From assembly GCF_009914755.1 (NCBI RefSeq), contig NC_060940.1: a stretch of DNA of 64,000 bases. One strand, given 5' to 3'. A program made the position numbers and the translations under genes. Origin of the DNA: the human T2T-CHM13v2.0 reference genome, Homo sapiens. Below the pieces are notes generated by a model. That model made no database searches. It saw only the letters and a list, made by a program, of their open reading frames with translations, and was not told where the DNA came from. Positions 16,125 to 32,334 of this stretch are shown piece after piece (the first letter of the stretch is position 1; every line of letters starts with the position of its first letter).

Positions 16125-16754
16125 CCTAATATGGACAAACTACCTAGAGAGCTTTCGAATGCTTTGGAATGATTTTTGTTGAGTATTAGAGATACATTCA
16201 CAAATGAGCCACGAGACAATTCACCTACAGACACACCGCATCGACTCACTCCCTTGTTGTGTATTTAATCAAATAGCCCATAATAAATTAACAGTGACTG
16301 GTCTGGACACCACATACCAAGTTGTTTTAGGTGACCTGGATTGATTTCCATGTGTCGCAATTCATCAGAATGAAGTGGCTTCACCGGCTGGGAGTCCAAA
16401 TACCCTAACACATTTCTGTTCTCACTTTAACCAGAAAAAGACATTTGGTTTTTCTGCCTCAGGTCCTAAGCCTCACAATTAGTGGGGCTGGAAATGCCAC
16501 ACAAAGACCCTCAGATGAATTGGAGATGTTGAAACAGAAAGGCCTTGTGAACAACCGAGGGAAACAAATAAAGCCGGTGCCCAGGAGAGAAAGATGCACC
16601 ATTTAGCTGTATCCCACAGCCCATGGCCTTGCAGACATGTGGGACGTATCCTGTGTGGATATCCCATGTGGACACGTGCAGCTCAGGACTGCGTCACTTT
16701 GCAGTGGCTGTGTGTTGCAGCACTTTGGTCAGGTTAAGTGGTGAATATTAGTTA

Positions 16755-16950
16755 CTAGCTAACGTGTATCATTCTGTACAATGTTCCAAGCTCACTCTTA
16801 AGTATAGTAATAAGTCTGAACACAGCCAATCTCTCTGGGTAGATGAGTAGCCGTATAATCTCCACTTTACAGACTGGGAAGCATGAAGCATCCAGCGGGT
16901 CACCACCTGCCCCTGGTCATAGGGTGAGGCAGCAGTGGTGCAGGTTTTTT
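16755..16950 (-). mobile_element. MIR
   Basis: atctccactttacagactgggaagcatgaagc...cacctgcccctggtcatag. Confidence 0.55.
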
Positions 16951-17114
16951 GTACTAGGCTTTACATTAGAAACAGGGCTAATTTCTATGTCTGTGAATGG
17001 AGGAGAAGCCAGCTTAAACCATAGTGGGGGGGTATTCAGGTTATAGGCAAAAAAAAAAAAAAAAAAAAAAAAGCCTCCTAGATGGAAGGGCTGTGTCTGT
17101 TTAGACAAGATTAC

Positions 17115-17400
17115 TGTCATTGCTGACATCATCCTCACTGCCACCATCAACATTGTCATTACCATCATCATTGTCGTCACCGTCACCTATACTGATTAGG
17201 TTGATGGGCCAGATATCTTGCCAAGCACGTCCTGATCATTATATTCGTTAATCCCCACGACTTTCTTATTAAGGAAGTAGGGTTGTTACCCCATTTTATG
17301 TTTGAGGACACTGAGGCTTAGAGAAGGTAAGTAACTGGCTCAAAATTGCACAGTAGTGGGGCAGAGGGGCTGGGATTAGAACTCAGTGTCCTCTGAATTC
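17115..17400 (-). mobile_element. MIR preceded by a degenerate (CAT/CAC)n tract (~17115-17187)
   Basis: ccccattttatgtttgaggacactgaggcttagagaaggtaagtaactggctcaaaattgcacag...ctgggattagaactcag. Confidence 0.75.
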
Positions 17401-18254
17401 CACCATGAAAACTCTGAACTGATCTGCTCTATAGCCTGACACCAGTACCCAGTGATGCACTTTCACTAAAACACAGATCTGATCCCATCCTTCTCTAGCT
17501 CACAAACCTTCGCTGGCTACTCACTGCTAAACAATGAGATCTGAAGTACTCAGCATTGCATTCAAATGTCTCCAGCCTTCCCCTGTGCCCTCTCCTTCCT
17601 CGAATCCCCACCACACTGCACTTCAGGTTGCAGCGTATGGGGGCCTGTGCTGCATTCTCTGTGCACGTGGCACAGTCCCACCTCCTTGCCTTTGCCCAAG
17701 CTGTGTATTCCCTGTGATCTCTTGCTTCACTTATAGTCCAAGACCTCCCTGTGACACGTGATCCTCCTCTTCCCTCCTTGCTTAATACCTGATGGGATGT
17801 CTATAATTGGACATCGTATAATCTGTGATCCCTTCCCTCAAAGCCCCTTCTCTTTCCCCCTTTCCTGTATTTTTTGGTAATTTCACCATCAGTGTTCGTC
17901 AAGATGGAGCAGAGAGCAGCGTAAAGGTCACCAAGATAAGCGCGCAGGGGTTTGGAATTTGAGAGCTAGGCACTCAGGGATGTGAGGATGCGTGACACTC
18001 ATCACTCTGTCTTCTGTTGTCTGCAGTGGGCTGGCATAATTTGATAAATTCCATGTTTTCCTGCAGTTCCTTGTCCACCTATGCCAGCATGGGCTTTCTC
18101 TCTCATCCGTATTCTTCTTCTGCTCTCAGATTTGCCCCGCGATGGTCTTAAGAATCCATGCTTTGAAGTTTGAAGTCAGTTTTGAAAACATTTGTTTTTT
18201 CACTCCTCCCACCAAATGACTCAACCTGGCTTGGGAAATCATGACATCGGTTCT

Positions 18255-18560
<306 letters not shown>

Positions 18561-18889
18561 GACATTGGTTCTGTATGTGTCTTCACGTGGGGTGGACACC
18601 TCTCTCCTAAAGTCAGGGCATTGGTGGAGCAGGGTAAAATGTCTCCAAGGGACTGACCAACCCCAGTGTAGATGTTGGAGGAGTCAGCAGAGGGGCTTTG
18701 AAAAAAGACAAATTTGAAGCTTGGTTCTGATTTTCTCTCACCTCAGGCAAATCACTTCCACTGGCTAACGCTCTGATTACTTCTCTGTGAAACAGAATGT
18801 ATGATGCTCTTTTCAGACATTTGGTAAGGGTTAATGATAAGAAGTAACCTTTTTTTTTTTTTTTTTTTTTTTTTCTTCTTCTTTTTGGA

Positions 18890-19095
18890 GTACTCTCTAT
18901 GTTCTGGCCACTGTGCTAGGAAATTCAGCTCATCATCTCATTCGATTCTCAGAATAGATCTATGCGGTGGATACATACCATCCCCATTTCACAGATGAGG
19001 AAGCTGAGATTTAGAGAGAGATAAAATAAAGTCCCTAAAGTCAATTAGATGGTGGAACCAGGAGTCTAACTCCAAAGCCATTTCTCTTAACCACT
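18890..19095 (-). mobile_element. MIR
   Basis: atccccatttcacagatgaggaagctgag...gtctaactccaaagccatttctcttaaccact. Confidence 0.75.
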
Positions 19096-19664
19096 CAGCT
19101 TGGTAGAGTGGGGAGTATTCAGTTGACGAGTTCCCCCTTTTCCTTTCCTCATGACCCCTCCATCTGATCTTTCTGATGGACATCCTGCCGTGGGGATATG
19201 ACATAAGGGTTATTTCTCTCCTCTTCCTTTCTTGACATGGTCTTCCTCTTTGGATAGTTTAGGGTTCATCTTGTTCTGTCTGCGACATAAGAAGATCCTA
19301 GTCAAAGAACAAGACGTAATGTCAGTCATATTGCAGATATCATAAAGATTAAAAACCCATAATGATGGGAACTCGGCATCTAACTAAAGATTTTCACATT
19401 AGGAGTGGAGTTTAGACTTTATCAGCCCTTTCGTGGCAACAACACCCAGTGACATTTACAGAAGAGCATTTTATAAACATGGAAATACACACAGTGTCAC
19501 AGCCTGGGTGAGTCTTCCACACCTGATAAGTAGGTGACCAAATATTCGGAGGTTTATTGTTGGTTCTTCCTTATGTGCTCACTCTCTCTTTTTTTTCCTC
19601 TTCTAACTCAAAGTACATACAGCAGGGGTTTGCACATAGCACACATGATGGGTTTGTACTGGAA

Positions 19665-19880
19665 GGTATGGGTTCAAATCCTGTTTTTGTCATTTGCAAG
19701 CTGTGTTCCCTGAACCTCCATTCACTCATCCATAAAATGGGCCAAATGATCAATAACCCTATAAGGGTTGTTGTGAGGTTTGAATAGGAGTTAGTGTATG
19801 GGACTCATTCATGTTAGTTAGGACCTGACAGTCCTTAGAATGCTTAGGTCCCTGGCAAGCATTTGATAAGTTGTAGCCAT
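19665..19880 (+). mobile_element. MIR
   Basis: gggttcaaatcctg...ctcatccataaaatggg...agggttgttgtgagg. Confidence 0.7.
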
Positions 19881-19964
19881 TTGAGCATTCTGGGTGCTTA
19901 ACAGCTGGTCAGGTCAGGTCAGCCTCTGATGCACAAACGAATCTTGGGCATTACAAGCATTTCG

Positions 19965-20263
19965 GGTTGGATGTGGTGGTTCACGCCTGTAATCCCAGCA
20001 CTTTGGGAGGCCAAGGAAGAAGGATCACCTGAGGTCAGGAGTTTGAGACCAGCCTTGCCAACATGATGAAACCTCGTCTCTACTAAAAGTACAAAAATTA
20101 GCTGGGCTTGTTGGTGCGCACCTGTAATCCCAGTTACTCGGGAGGTTGAGGCATGAGAATTGCTTGAACCCGGGAGATCGAGGTTGTAGTGAGCTGAGAT
20201 TGCACCACCGTACTCCAGTCTGGGCAACAGAGTGAAACTCTGTCTCAAAAAAAAAAAAAAATA
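19965..20263 (+). mobile_element. AluS
   Basis: Full Alu with poly-A; TSD aagcatttc at 19955-19963 and 20264-20272. Confidence 0.95.
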
Positions 20264-20606
20264 AAGCATTTCATAGATTACACTTATTAAGTTACTTGGA
20301 GATCTTTAGAGAAATAAGACAGTGAGTAAAAGGTCCAGATGCTGAGTTTGATATTAGCTAGAAGGGGATTTTATTCTTAGTATTGCCTATTTTATTTTCT
20401 TCTCAAAATAATATTCAGCTCTCATATACACAATCTCTTGGATCTTTGCTGGTGAGATTTCTTTTCTTTAGTTGTTTTTGATGTCTGTTCACTGAAGATC
20501 CCCTGATCACTCCCCCAGCCCTTCATGTAATTCTACCCATGTCTACAGTCAGAGTCATGAGACAGAAACCTTGTAACTCTCTTACTCCCTTGTCCCCTGG
20601 TAGTGA

Positions 20607-21343
<737 letters not shown>

Positions 21344-21446
21344 CATCTTTGTCTTTCATAATTAAGATAATGGACCTTTTCTTATGTGGGGCCCCAGGAG
21401 ACCAGCCTCCTCTATTCTCCATTAGACACACTGCAAAGAGGAACAC

Positions 21447-21750
21447 AAGAAGCCCTCCTGACATAGAACAAGCTCTGCAGCACATCTCAGGTGTTTGCTC
21501 TTTCCCTTGTGGTCCCTTAAATACATGATTTGTTAGGAATGGAATGGCTTAATCTAGGTGGTCCGTGGAGCCATAGAAGCCCTTTATGGACACTGTCCTG
21601 GATCAGATAAGGGAGACTTATACTTCTGTGGCTCAGAAGCTCTCCAGGCTTTCTGGGAAGCATCCAGCCATTTATCTCTTCATTCTTATCTTTGAACAGT
21701 ATTTATTGAGTGCATACCATGTTCCTGATGCTTTTCTAGGCAGTGAGTCC
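21447..21750 (+). repeat. Dispersed local duplication, copy B (paralogous to 13889-14191)
   Basis: Same alignment as copy A; here the terminal L2 continues past the shared segment. Confidence 0.92.
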
Positions 21751-22660
21751 ATGGCAATGAACACAGCAGACAAAAATCCCTGAGGCCACTAACAGTATAT
21801 TCTGTGGCAGGATTTCTCAATCTTGGCGCTGTTAACATTTTGGGTCACTTTGTTGTGGGAGGCTCTTCTGTACGTGGAAGGATGCTTGACAGCATCCTAG
21901 GTCTCTACTCACTGGATACATGGCAGCATCTTCTTCCCCAGTCATGACAACCAGAATCTCTCCAGGCATTGCCAAATGGTCCCTGGTAGTCAAAATCACC
22001 TGAGGTTGAGAACCCCTGATCTGTGCAGCGGGAAGAGAGAATCTGTGAAATAGTGTAATGGAGAAAATCTGCAGGGGAGAGAGGAATCCTTGAAGAGTAG
22101 GGTTGGCCATTTTACAAAAGGTGGTCAAACAAAGCCTCACAGAGATAATATTTGAGCCAAGACATAAAGAGGTGAGGGAATGTACTCTGTGGATATTTAG
22201 GGCAATCGGGATGGGGCAGAAGGAGGAAGAAGTGCAGTGGACTATGTAGGAATAGAATGAGCAAAGGCAAAGGTACTCAGGGTTGAGGCCAGACAGGTAA
22301 TGGTGGGAGCCAGGGCAGACGGGGACAGAAGGCATTTTCTCTGAGGGAGACTGGGGGGTGATTGAAGGGCTTTCAGTGGAAGAATGGCGTGACCTGACCT
22401 TTGATGAAGGCTGCCCCAGCCACTGCATGTACAGAGGGCCATATGGGGCAGGGGCAGGGAGGACATTTAGGCAGTTGTCGTAATGATGGTGCCCTGGATC
22501 GGATGGTGGGATGGAGATGACGAGAATTGGGAGGTTCTGGTTCTGTTATGAAACTCAAGTTGGGAGGACATAATGAAGATTGGAGGTTTGGAGGAAGACT
22601 GTTAGGGTTGACTCCAGGCATCAGGTGTGAGCAATGCAAAAAGGGAGTGTCCACGTTTCA
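21665..22660 (-). mobile_element. L2 3' region interrupted by MER20
   Basis: gtatttattgagtgcataccatgttcc...gaacacagcagacaaaaatccctg; resumes after 22018 with agcctcacagagataatatttgagccaagac, etc. Confidence 0.75.
21808..22018 (-). mobile_element. MER20 (hAT-Charlie) DNA transposon
   Basis: caggatttctcaa ... gacaaccagaatctctccaggcattgccaaatggtccctgg ... ggttgagaacccctg; imperfect 8-bp TSD ttctgtgg/atctgtgc. Confidence 0.88.
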
Positions 22661-22789
22661 TTGGCTGCTGGTGGGGACGCTGTCCCTTCCCCACGGCCTC
22701 GGGTGGGAGGTGAAGGCCACAAAGGTGGTTCTTCTCCAGCTTTCTCATCACTGCTTTGACCTGAGCTGTTCCACCTCTTCCCCTGCCTA

Positions 22790-22940
22790 TGTCATGATCA
22801 CTTTTGGGTGCTTCTTAAAATGCAGATTCCTGGACCCCCACCTGAATATACTGGATTGGAATTGCTGGAGGCAGAGCCTGAGACATTGTATTGTAGTATG
22901 CACAGCAGGTGACTTGGGTACTGACAACTTTGAGAGGTTC
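22790..22940. mobile_element. MER5A-like fossil
   Basis: cttcttaaaatgcagattcctggacccccacc...caactttgaga. Confidence 0.6.
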
Positions 22941-23088
22941 AGCTCCACGGAATGTACCAGAAATCAACCTGAGCTTCCTTTAAAGGAGGCCTTGTTTGTC
23001 TGCTTCCCTGGGTCCCAGTCCTGGACCCAGTGTGCATCCCCCCTTTCCCCGTCCAGGCATCCCAAGGCTCCTCTCTAAGAAACAGACC

Positions 23089-23421
<333 letters not shown>

Positions 23422-23808
23422 TTATGTTTAGCTTCATGGATTTGCCCCCGATGCCATTCTTCTGATGAGCTCTTGAGATTTTTATCTGTTGCTTTTGGTG
23501 GAAGGTGGAGTAACTTGTACAATAGGCAGATGTATAATCTTAGAAGGGCAGAATTTTTATGCCTATGCGGATCTATGAGGGCATCGAGTTCATTGGTTTC
23601 ATTTTTTCCAAGTGAAGAAACAAAGGCTCAGAAAGTGCCGTGATTTCGTACAGTTTGATGCAGTGATAATGCTGCTGGCAGCACTTGCCTGGAAAATGAG
23701 GATCTGATTGTGCTGTATCTGTCTGTAGCCTCCTAACTCTCTGTATAGGTTTCTGATTCTCATCCAAGCCCGCCTTGCCACATCTCAATAACTGCTTTTG
23801 TTTTATAA

Positions 23809-24153
<345 letters not shown>

Positions 24154-24687
24154 TAGTCTGTGCATCTCTGAGGTCCATTTCTCGGGAAACCTGGGGGCTT
24201 ACAGTGAACTCTGGAAAGGCATTATTTTGTTGTCTCATTTTGCAAGAAAGGCTTGGCTCCAGAAGGAGATGGTTCTATAACCCAGGTAAGTTATAGGGAT
24301 GGTGGCCGCCCAGACACTGTGCTGTGAGTTGAGCTTTTCATACCCTGCAGCTTGATAAGGCTGCACAGAAGCCACTGTGCTAAGTGGCTTCTGGCCTTGT
24401 CCCCTGGCTAACCAGATAACAAACGGATACTTGAACAACTTTGTGATAATCAGGGCCATTCACCTTGTGATATAACAGCATCTCCTGAAGGATTTCCCAT
24501 TGGGATTATTTTATTACCTTGGAAGTGCCTTTGCGTTATGAAGGGGATGGATTTCATTACAACTATGATGCTTCTGTTACCCTAAACACACCCTAACTTG
24601 CTGTCTCTGAATAGTTTGTTTCTTAATTTTAACTCTGAGAAATCAGGTATTAAGGAATGGATGAAGTTAAAGAAAAGCAAACCATTG

Positions 24688-24940
24688 ATCATTATCGTCG
24701 TCATCATCATCATTTTCATTATCATCATCATCTTCATTAGCGTCATCATCACTGCCATCACGGCTCAGCCATCATTGAGTTCACATGCCCTGCGTGTCCT
24801 CTGTCTTAGGTGATCATCCTAACAGCTCTATGTCAGGCAGGTTCAACTTTTGTCATTTTATGGATGATACACCAAGAATGCAGAAAAGTGAATTTCCTTG
24901 CCCACAGCCATCACAGTCTGTCTGGAAAGTGGTAATTTCT
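24688..24940 (-). mobile_element. Degenerate (ATC)n tract (24688-24760) adjoining a MIR
   Basis: atcattatcgtcgtcatcatcatc...; then tcattttatggatgatacaccaagaatgcagaaaagtgaatttccttgcccacagccatcacag. Confidence 0.6.
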
Positions 24941-25397
24941 GACAGTACACTGCCTGGCATCTACTCCTACCTGACGGAAGTGAACACACATCCCATGCCA
25001 GCCAGGGTTGGAGCTACCTGTCTCCGAAACAAAGCTTCCAGAGGCGCATGAGACAGGCAGGAAAGTGCTACATTGTGTGGAGTGTGGACATAACCAGTGA
25101 ATAATCCATTTGCCTTGCTTGATCTAATTGGGCTGATGCCTCCCTGTCCAAATAGGAAGAAAAGATAACTCTATCTTTATTTGGCATAAAATGTAACCTC
25201 TTCTTGGGCTGGAATGTGCCCAGAGAATCTGGTGCCAGGACACTGAATTTTCTCTCATTCAAAAAAAAAAATAGCATCAAAAGCTGGCATGATATGAAGT
25301 TTGCAGCAAATGGGTCACGCATGTTTGCACTTAGAAGTGAAGACATCTGCTTCTTTGGCTGGGGGGAGGGATAGAGAGATTTGCAGAAATTTTCATC

Positions 25398-25703
25398 TTT
25401 TTTTTTTCTTTTTTTGGGACAGAGTCTCACTCTGTCACCCAGGCTGGAGTACAGTGGTGCAATCTTGGCTTACTGCCACTTCCGTTGCCCAGGTTCAAGC
25501 AATTCTGCCTCTGCCTCCAGAGAAGCTGGGATTGCAGGTGCCTGCCACCATATCCGGCTAATGTTTGTATTTTTTTTAGTAGAGATGGGGTTTTACCTTG
25601 TTGATCAGGCTGTTCTCAAACTCCTGACCTCAAGTGATCCAGGCTGGAGTGCAGTGGTCTCCCAAAGTGTTGGGATTACAGGCGTGAGCCACTACGCCTA
25701 ACC
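25398..25703 (-). mobile_element. AluS with an internal rearrangement
   Basis: Reverse Alu; TSD agaaRttttcat at 25385-25396 and 25704-25715; misplaced right-arm motif at 25639-25657. Confidence 0.92.
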
Positions 25704-27370
25704 AGAAGTTTTCATTTTTTGATGGGGTCCTGTTAAGATTACTTCATAATCCTTTTTCCTTTTCTCCTTCAGTCCCTCCCTACTTGTATTTCTATTGAAT
25801 CCAAAATTTATATTCACCAAGAAGCGTGGTTTAAAAAAATCAAGGCAAATAATCCCCTCCCACCAACCTAAGAGTGGAAGTATTTTTCTTTTTTTCATCT
25901 GTGTGTATTGCAATTGCTTAACTGGAAAGTGATAATTTCCCAGATGAATCCTATAAAGATGTGTATCCTGCCCCTTTCCCCCGTAGACCCTAATGAGGTT
26001 TTGCATTAACGGGAACTAGGAGAAGTGCCGAAGTCCATTTTCCGCTGGTTTTGGAGGTATGGCAGGAATGCCATCTCATTTGTCTCTTTGGTGCTTCTTG
26101 CCTTTCCAGTGTAGAGAATTCTCATCAAAGCCCATTTCTTAAAGGTCCACCTTCTGGGTGGATGTCAGCAAGCTGCCTGTTCCTGAAGGAAAAGTTCAGC
26201 TTCAGATATCTTGGGGAATAAGAAGCTGAAGGGTCTGAGCGCTAGAGAACTAAATAAATAGAGGGAAGAGATTTTTCAGATCTGCTATTGATTGGATGCT
26301 GAGGAGTTATTAAGTTCTCAGAGTGGCTTATTACAGCACTTGGGCCAAGATTAAAGAGGAGTTAAGCCATCAATATCCTTTGGGAGCCATTGCTAAAGTT
26401 CAGAACCCTCGGCGGAGGCCCTTTTCCTCCTCTGCTCCTCTCTCCCCAATTTCCCTCTTCCCCTGTCTTCCAGATTGTCTAATGCAGGATACTGTCAGGA
26501 CATTTTCCAAGTTGGTCTCTCTCTCTTAATGGACTATCCCTCGGAGCCCCATGTGGGATGTCTTTATCAAATCACACATTTCCCCAAATTAATACAAACT
26601 GTTCTCCTACAGAAGACAGCAGTGTAATTACTTTTGCAACGATCTAAGAACAAGCAGACTCCGGGTCTGTTGAGGCTCCTGTTCGTCTGATTGGCTCTGT
26701 AACTAGCAGCATTGTAGTGGGATCAAGCTCTTCCTTCAGTTTGTGGGTGTTAGGGAGGCATAGACCTGTTGGCGGGGGGGTCTCACCTCCTCACCTCAAC
26801 ATTTTTATGTTAGGACAGTAAGTGGCTTCATCAGCTGGCATTTTAGTGGGAAAAATGGTGCCTTATTTGAGTTCATATAATGAACACCTGTGAGCTTTTT
26901 CCTCCCCCTACTCATCCTTATCCCCAGAATGAATAATCTATGTAGTCCCCAGCACGGGGCCTTGTGCTGCCAGAATGTGCCCCACAAATGATTTTAACCA
27001 CTATTCTGTTACTACATGTTTGCAATCTTGAGGCCAGGTGTGGTCTCGAATGGATCATTTGCAAAATTTTAAAATGGCAAGGCAGTGACTGTGCTGTACA
27101 TTACATCATAGCCCCAGTGAGGTCTGGGGCAGTGTGCCATGATCAAGCACGTTAATATTCCTGAAAAAACTAAAAAGTCGTGTTCACACCAGGCGGCATA
27201 ATAGAAGCCATGAAGTGGAAGACATGGTTCTTCTTTAGGTTGGAAACTGTCAAAGGTTGATTTCTTTTGGTGCAGCCTAATATAAAGAGCCTCATGTTAG
27301 AGCAGAGGGGATGAGGCCAAGTCAAATTTAAGAAGGAAATTACAATTTGTAGAGAGATTCTGGGGTTTGA

Positions 27371-27658
<288 letters not shown>

Positions 27659-28255
27659 TGGGGATTTGTGATGGATGACCTGGGCTTCTCACCTAGCCTC
27701 ATTCATCAGGAGGCACCTTGGCATCTGGTCTTTCTGGCAGCCAAAATTTACTTGTTGGGTGGGGTATGTGTATGTAAAAGGAAGGAAGGGTGGAGTGGAG
27801 AAAGGAGAGGTTTGTTCCAGTTCCCTTATCCTCCCTGAATCCCAAGAAGGACCTTGGGCTCTAAAGCCCACCAGGAAAAACCCCATCCACGGTCTGACAT
27901 TTAGAAATGTATTGGCTAGAATAAAAGAACTGTCAATTTCAAAACACGAAAAACCACTGGGAGATCAGGTACTTCCTGCAAACATTCCCACACAGTGACT
28001 CCTGGCATGGGAGAAAAAGCCTGCCTTGTTGTTCTATTAATTTAGCGCCAACAGCTGTTAGATCTAAGGCCTTCAAGGTTCTCGGCAAAAATGAAACTCA
28101 TCCTCAGGAACTCCTCTGTGAAGTATCAGTAATGAACCATGGAGGGAATGAAGGCTAAATGAAGATAAAAATATCTCCACCGGGCCAGGGTGTTTTTGCG
28201 CTTCAATCCCAAAAGTACTAGCGCATGAAACCTCCACACACACACACACACACCC

Positions 28256-28561
<306 letters not shown>

Positions 28562-29122
28562 TAATTCTCTAAATTGGTCAAGACTGGACCTGCTATCGCC
28601 CCACCCAACTTGCACTTCCACTAGGATCGCCAGGCTCAGTAAATAGTGCAAGTAGCCAGACAGGTGCTTATGCAGAAACCCTCCAGGCATTCTTGCCTCC
28701 CGTCCGTCACTCCCCACCCACCTTCACTTTCCAGTCCTAGGAAATCTACTTCCTAATCTCCTCTTTCTCATCACTCCTCTTCTATGTGCCTCCCCCAGCA
28801 TCCTTGATTCTGGGATTCCGCTTGTGGCCTCTTACTGTGCTCCCCGCATCCATGTGTGCACTCGTAGAATCCAGCCCCAGCCTCTCAAACACACACCTGA
28901 CCTTGCTTCAACCCTCCTGCTGCTCACAGCGTGGCCTTTAAAACCCCCAATCCTCTAGTCCACCTGTTTCTCCAGCTCGCCCTGCTGCTCAAACCACGCC
29001 CTGGTGACCCCGTTTTGCTGGAGCTGCTCCTTCTGCCAACTCCTGCCATTCTTAGGGGAAACCTTCCCCAACTGGGTACACCAGGTAAGGTCTTGAAGCT
29101 CGCTTGACTTTTCCTTTCATGA

Positions 29123-29477
<355 letters not shown>

Positions 29478-30639
29478 GGCAGTTAATTCTTTATCTGCTC
29501 AGCATTACCTACAACAGCTTGTAAGCCCCAAGAGGGCCTGGACTCTGCCTCCCTCGTTCCCAGCTGCCTCCCTTGGCCCAGCGTAGTGATGGTGCCTAGG
29601 GGGACCCCAACAATGGATGCATGAATAACAGTTGGGCCTGAAGAGCCAGTGAGGGCAGCCTGGCTCTTCTGGGTTCTGGGAGCGCCGGCTGATTGGATTC
29701 CACTCTGATCTGGGAGCAGCTGCAGGGACTGATTGGTAATTGAGCTTGTGGGAAAACATCCTCAGCTGCGTGGGTCTCAGCCTGGCACCATTTTCCGAGG
29801 GGTAAGTGCCCACTGAGCTTGCAGAGCATCTCAAGGAGTGGGAGAAGTGGTTGTACGGATGGCCCCACTTCACCGCCTGGGTGACTTGGATGCCACCTGC
29901 TGCCAGGTGGCCAGCTGGGTGTGCCTTAGCTCAGAGCCAGGGCTGCTTGGCTGAGGTGCCAGCTCCAGCTGGTCCTGCTTCAACGCTGGTTGTTCCCTTT
30001 GTGAGGCTTCAGCCTTCAAACATCTGCTTTGTGTGGGTTTTGAGCTCCCCACACTGGATACCTTTGGGGAGAGGATGCAAACGTTACCTTTCACGGCATC
30101 TCACACTGCCCTGCGTCTGCACATAGAGGCCGAGAGGTGGGGACTCCTACACTTAGGTTTAATTAAAGGCAAACTGGTGGGATTCCAGCGAAGGGCAATC
30201 CAGACCCAGGAAGCTGTAGGGCAGATGGCATTTACATGGTCACCTGTCTTAATGATCCCATTCCTCAAAAGACAGAGCTGGGAATGACATGCATCCACGC
30301 TGGTCCTTCCCAGTCATTCTATGGATGGGAATGATGAGGACGTGACAGGCTAAGGCAAGGGAAACAGTTTTCCTTTATCTCAACTCTTCAGGAGAGGCTG
30401 GGATGATTCAAGGGCTGTCAGTGTGCACAGACCTGGGATGGATTTTTAATGAACCGGAAAGCGTTGTCTGTCTTCTTAGGTAAATGCAAATATCCACGTA
30501 GCCACCATTGTAGATGGCACTTGACAGATCCAGAGGAGAAGGGGGCAGGGCTTTCTTGGACTCCTATGTGCGTTTTTTTTTCTGACAGAAAAGAAACTAG
30601 AAGCTAAAGCAAGAGTCTGCTTAAAAATTCTGCCAGTTC

Positions 30640-31300
30640 AGACCGAGTATTTTGTCATGTGCCAGGGACTGTGCTAAGTTCTACAAGGAATAGACTTTGG
30701 GCGGAGACACAGGTCCTAACTCTAGCAAGTTGCTCTCCTTAGGAGGAATAAGCCATTTGTGTAATTAAACACTCTTTTGTCCAATACCTATGTGTGTCAG
30801 TGGGGCTGTGCTTGGTTCCTGGAGGGAGAATCCAGTGGCAACCTTGGAACAGGAATGGAGTACACGAGTCAGTGGTGGAGGCAGACATCTACTTTGTAAT
30901 TATGTATACACAAGTAACTAATTACAAGCTTTAGGAAGTGTCACAGGGCTAATGGGCATGATGCTGCAAGAGCATGTTACAGGAGTCTCATGGTTAGTGT
31001 GGAACATCAGGGAAGGCTTCCTGGAGGAGGTGATGTCTGGACTTTGACATGAAGGATGTGTAGGAGTTAAGTTGCAGAATGGGAACAGGGAACTCTCCAA
31101 GCCAGGGTGACAGACAGCTGATGCAAGGGTCAAAAAGAAACACTGTATAGTTGCAGCTCATGACAGGGGCCAGAGTAGTGGAAGAGGAGGGAGGAGCGAG
31201 TGGGAGGCAGACCATATGCAAGGTGGGCCCAGGTAAGGTGTTAGGATATTATCTAGGGACAAAGAGAGGCCTCTGAGAGGTAGGAAGTGATGCAAGATTT
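30640..31300 (-). mobile_element. L2 remnants
   Basis: atgtgccagggactgtgctaag; catcagggaaggcttcctggaggaggtgatgtctgg. Confidence 0.65.
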
Positions 31301-31954
31301 AGGAACAGAAGCAAGGACGCTGTAATGTAGATGAGTAAGTGTAGTTGAAGGCAAAACTGAGAAACTCCTTTGGGGTTTATGCACAATGCAGGATTACATT
31401 TAAGCAGCAGTTGTTTCGAACAGAAGGTGGCTTCTAATTGCAGATGTTCAGCATAGAATCCACATTCAAACTTGCAATTATTTCACTGTTAAAAGAGCTG
31501 ACAGCTCCCTCTTCTGCAGGCAGGCAGTCTCGAGGGAGCCCTAATCCCAGGGACTTGTATTACTCTCGCCCCGGGAGTACCAGACCTCACTCCCATGAGG
31601 TTGCACCACAGGAAGTGAGGCTGGGGTAGCGACAGGCTGGTGGGGAGTTAGGAGCATCTGAGGCATGACTGGGGCTGCACGGGCCTTCACAGCAAGCTGA
31701 GTTAAAGAGTGCAGTGACACGGCTTAGCGAAGTTGGGCTCACCTTCCACACAGGGCATTGGACTGGAGCCGGTGGAAAACATGGACCACACTGGCCGTCG
31801 TGATTGGCATTGCCGGGTATTGTGGAACTGAGGTGCAAGTACAGTGCCCCTGTTAACGATGAGGAAACCAAGACCAGAGAGGTTAAACAGCCCTCCAAGG
31901 TCAAAGCCAGAGCAGAGCTGGGACTTGAACCCAGGCATTTTCAAAGCACGTCAC

Positions 31955-32130
31955 TTTTTTTTTTTTTTTTTTTTTTTTTAAACGGAGTCTTTGTTGCCCA
32001 GGCTGGAATGCCAATGACGTGATCTTGGTTCGCTGCAGTGTCTGCCTCCTGTGTTCAAATGATTTTCCTGCCCCAGCCTCCCAAGTAGCTGGGACCACAG
32101 GCATGAGCCATCACACCCACGCTCGGCTAA
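31955..32130 (-). mobile_element. 5'-truncated Alu (right monomer only), inserted at the end of a MIR (~31830-31954)
   Basis: Long poly-T plus right arm to ggctaat; imperfect TSD tcaaagcacgtca / tcaaagcccatca (31941, 32131). Confidence 0.88.
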
Positions 32131-32334
32131 TCAAAGCCCATCATCTCAACCTCTGCCTCCTGCCCTGCCTCGGATGACCCTGGGAAGTTCATTGAGGAGG
32201 TGGTTATCAGTTCAGCCCCAAGTGCAGAAGGCAGAAGAGCCTGGGTGACAGATTTTAGATTCTGCCTCTCATTCAACTGTGTATCCTTAGGCTTACCCTC
32301 TGTGGGCCTGGTTTGTGAGATGAGCTAAAAATCA

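Noticed and set aside
18000-18180. Three consecutive acceptor-like pyrimidine/CAG sites
   Set aside because: No convincing donor follows; such signals are common in pyrimidine-rich non-coding DNA.
21832-22428. Longest ORF (198 aa, minus strand)
   Set aside because: Runs across L2 and MER20 fossils; a chance open frame.
26626-26638. 13-mer aattacttttgca identical to part of the MADE1 terminus
   Set aside because: Too short and lacks a partner arm; probably chance.
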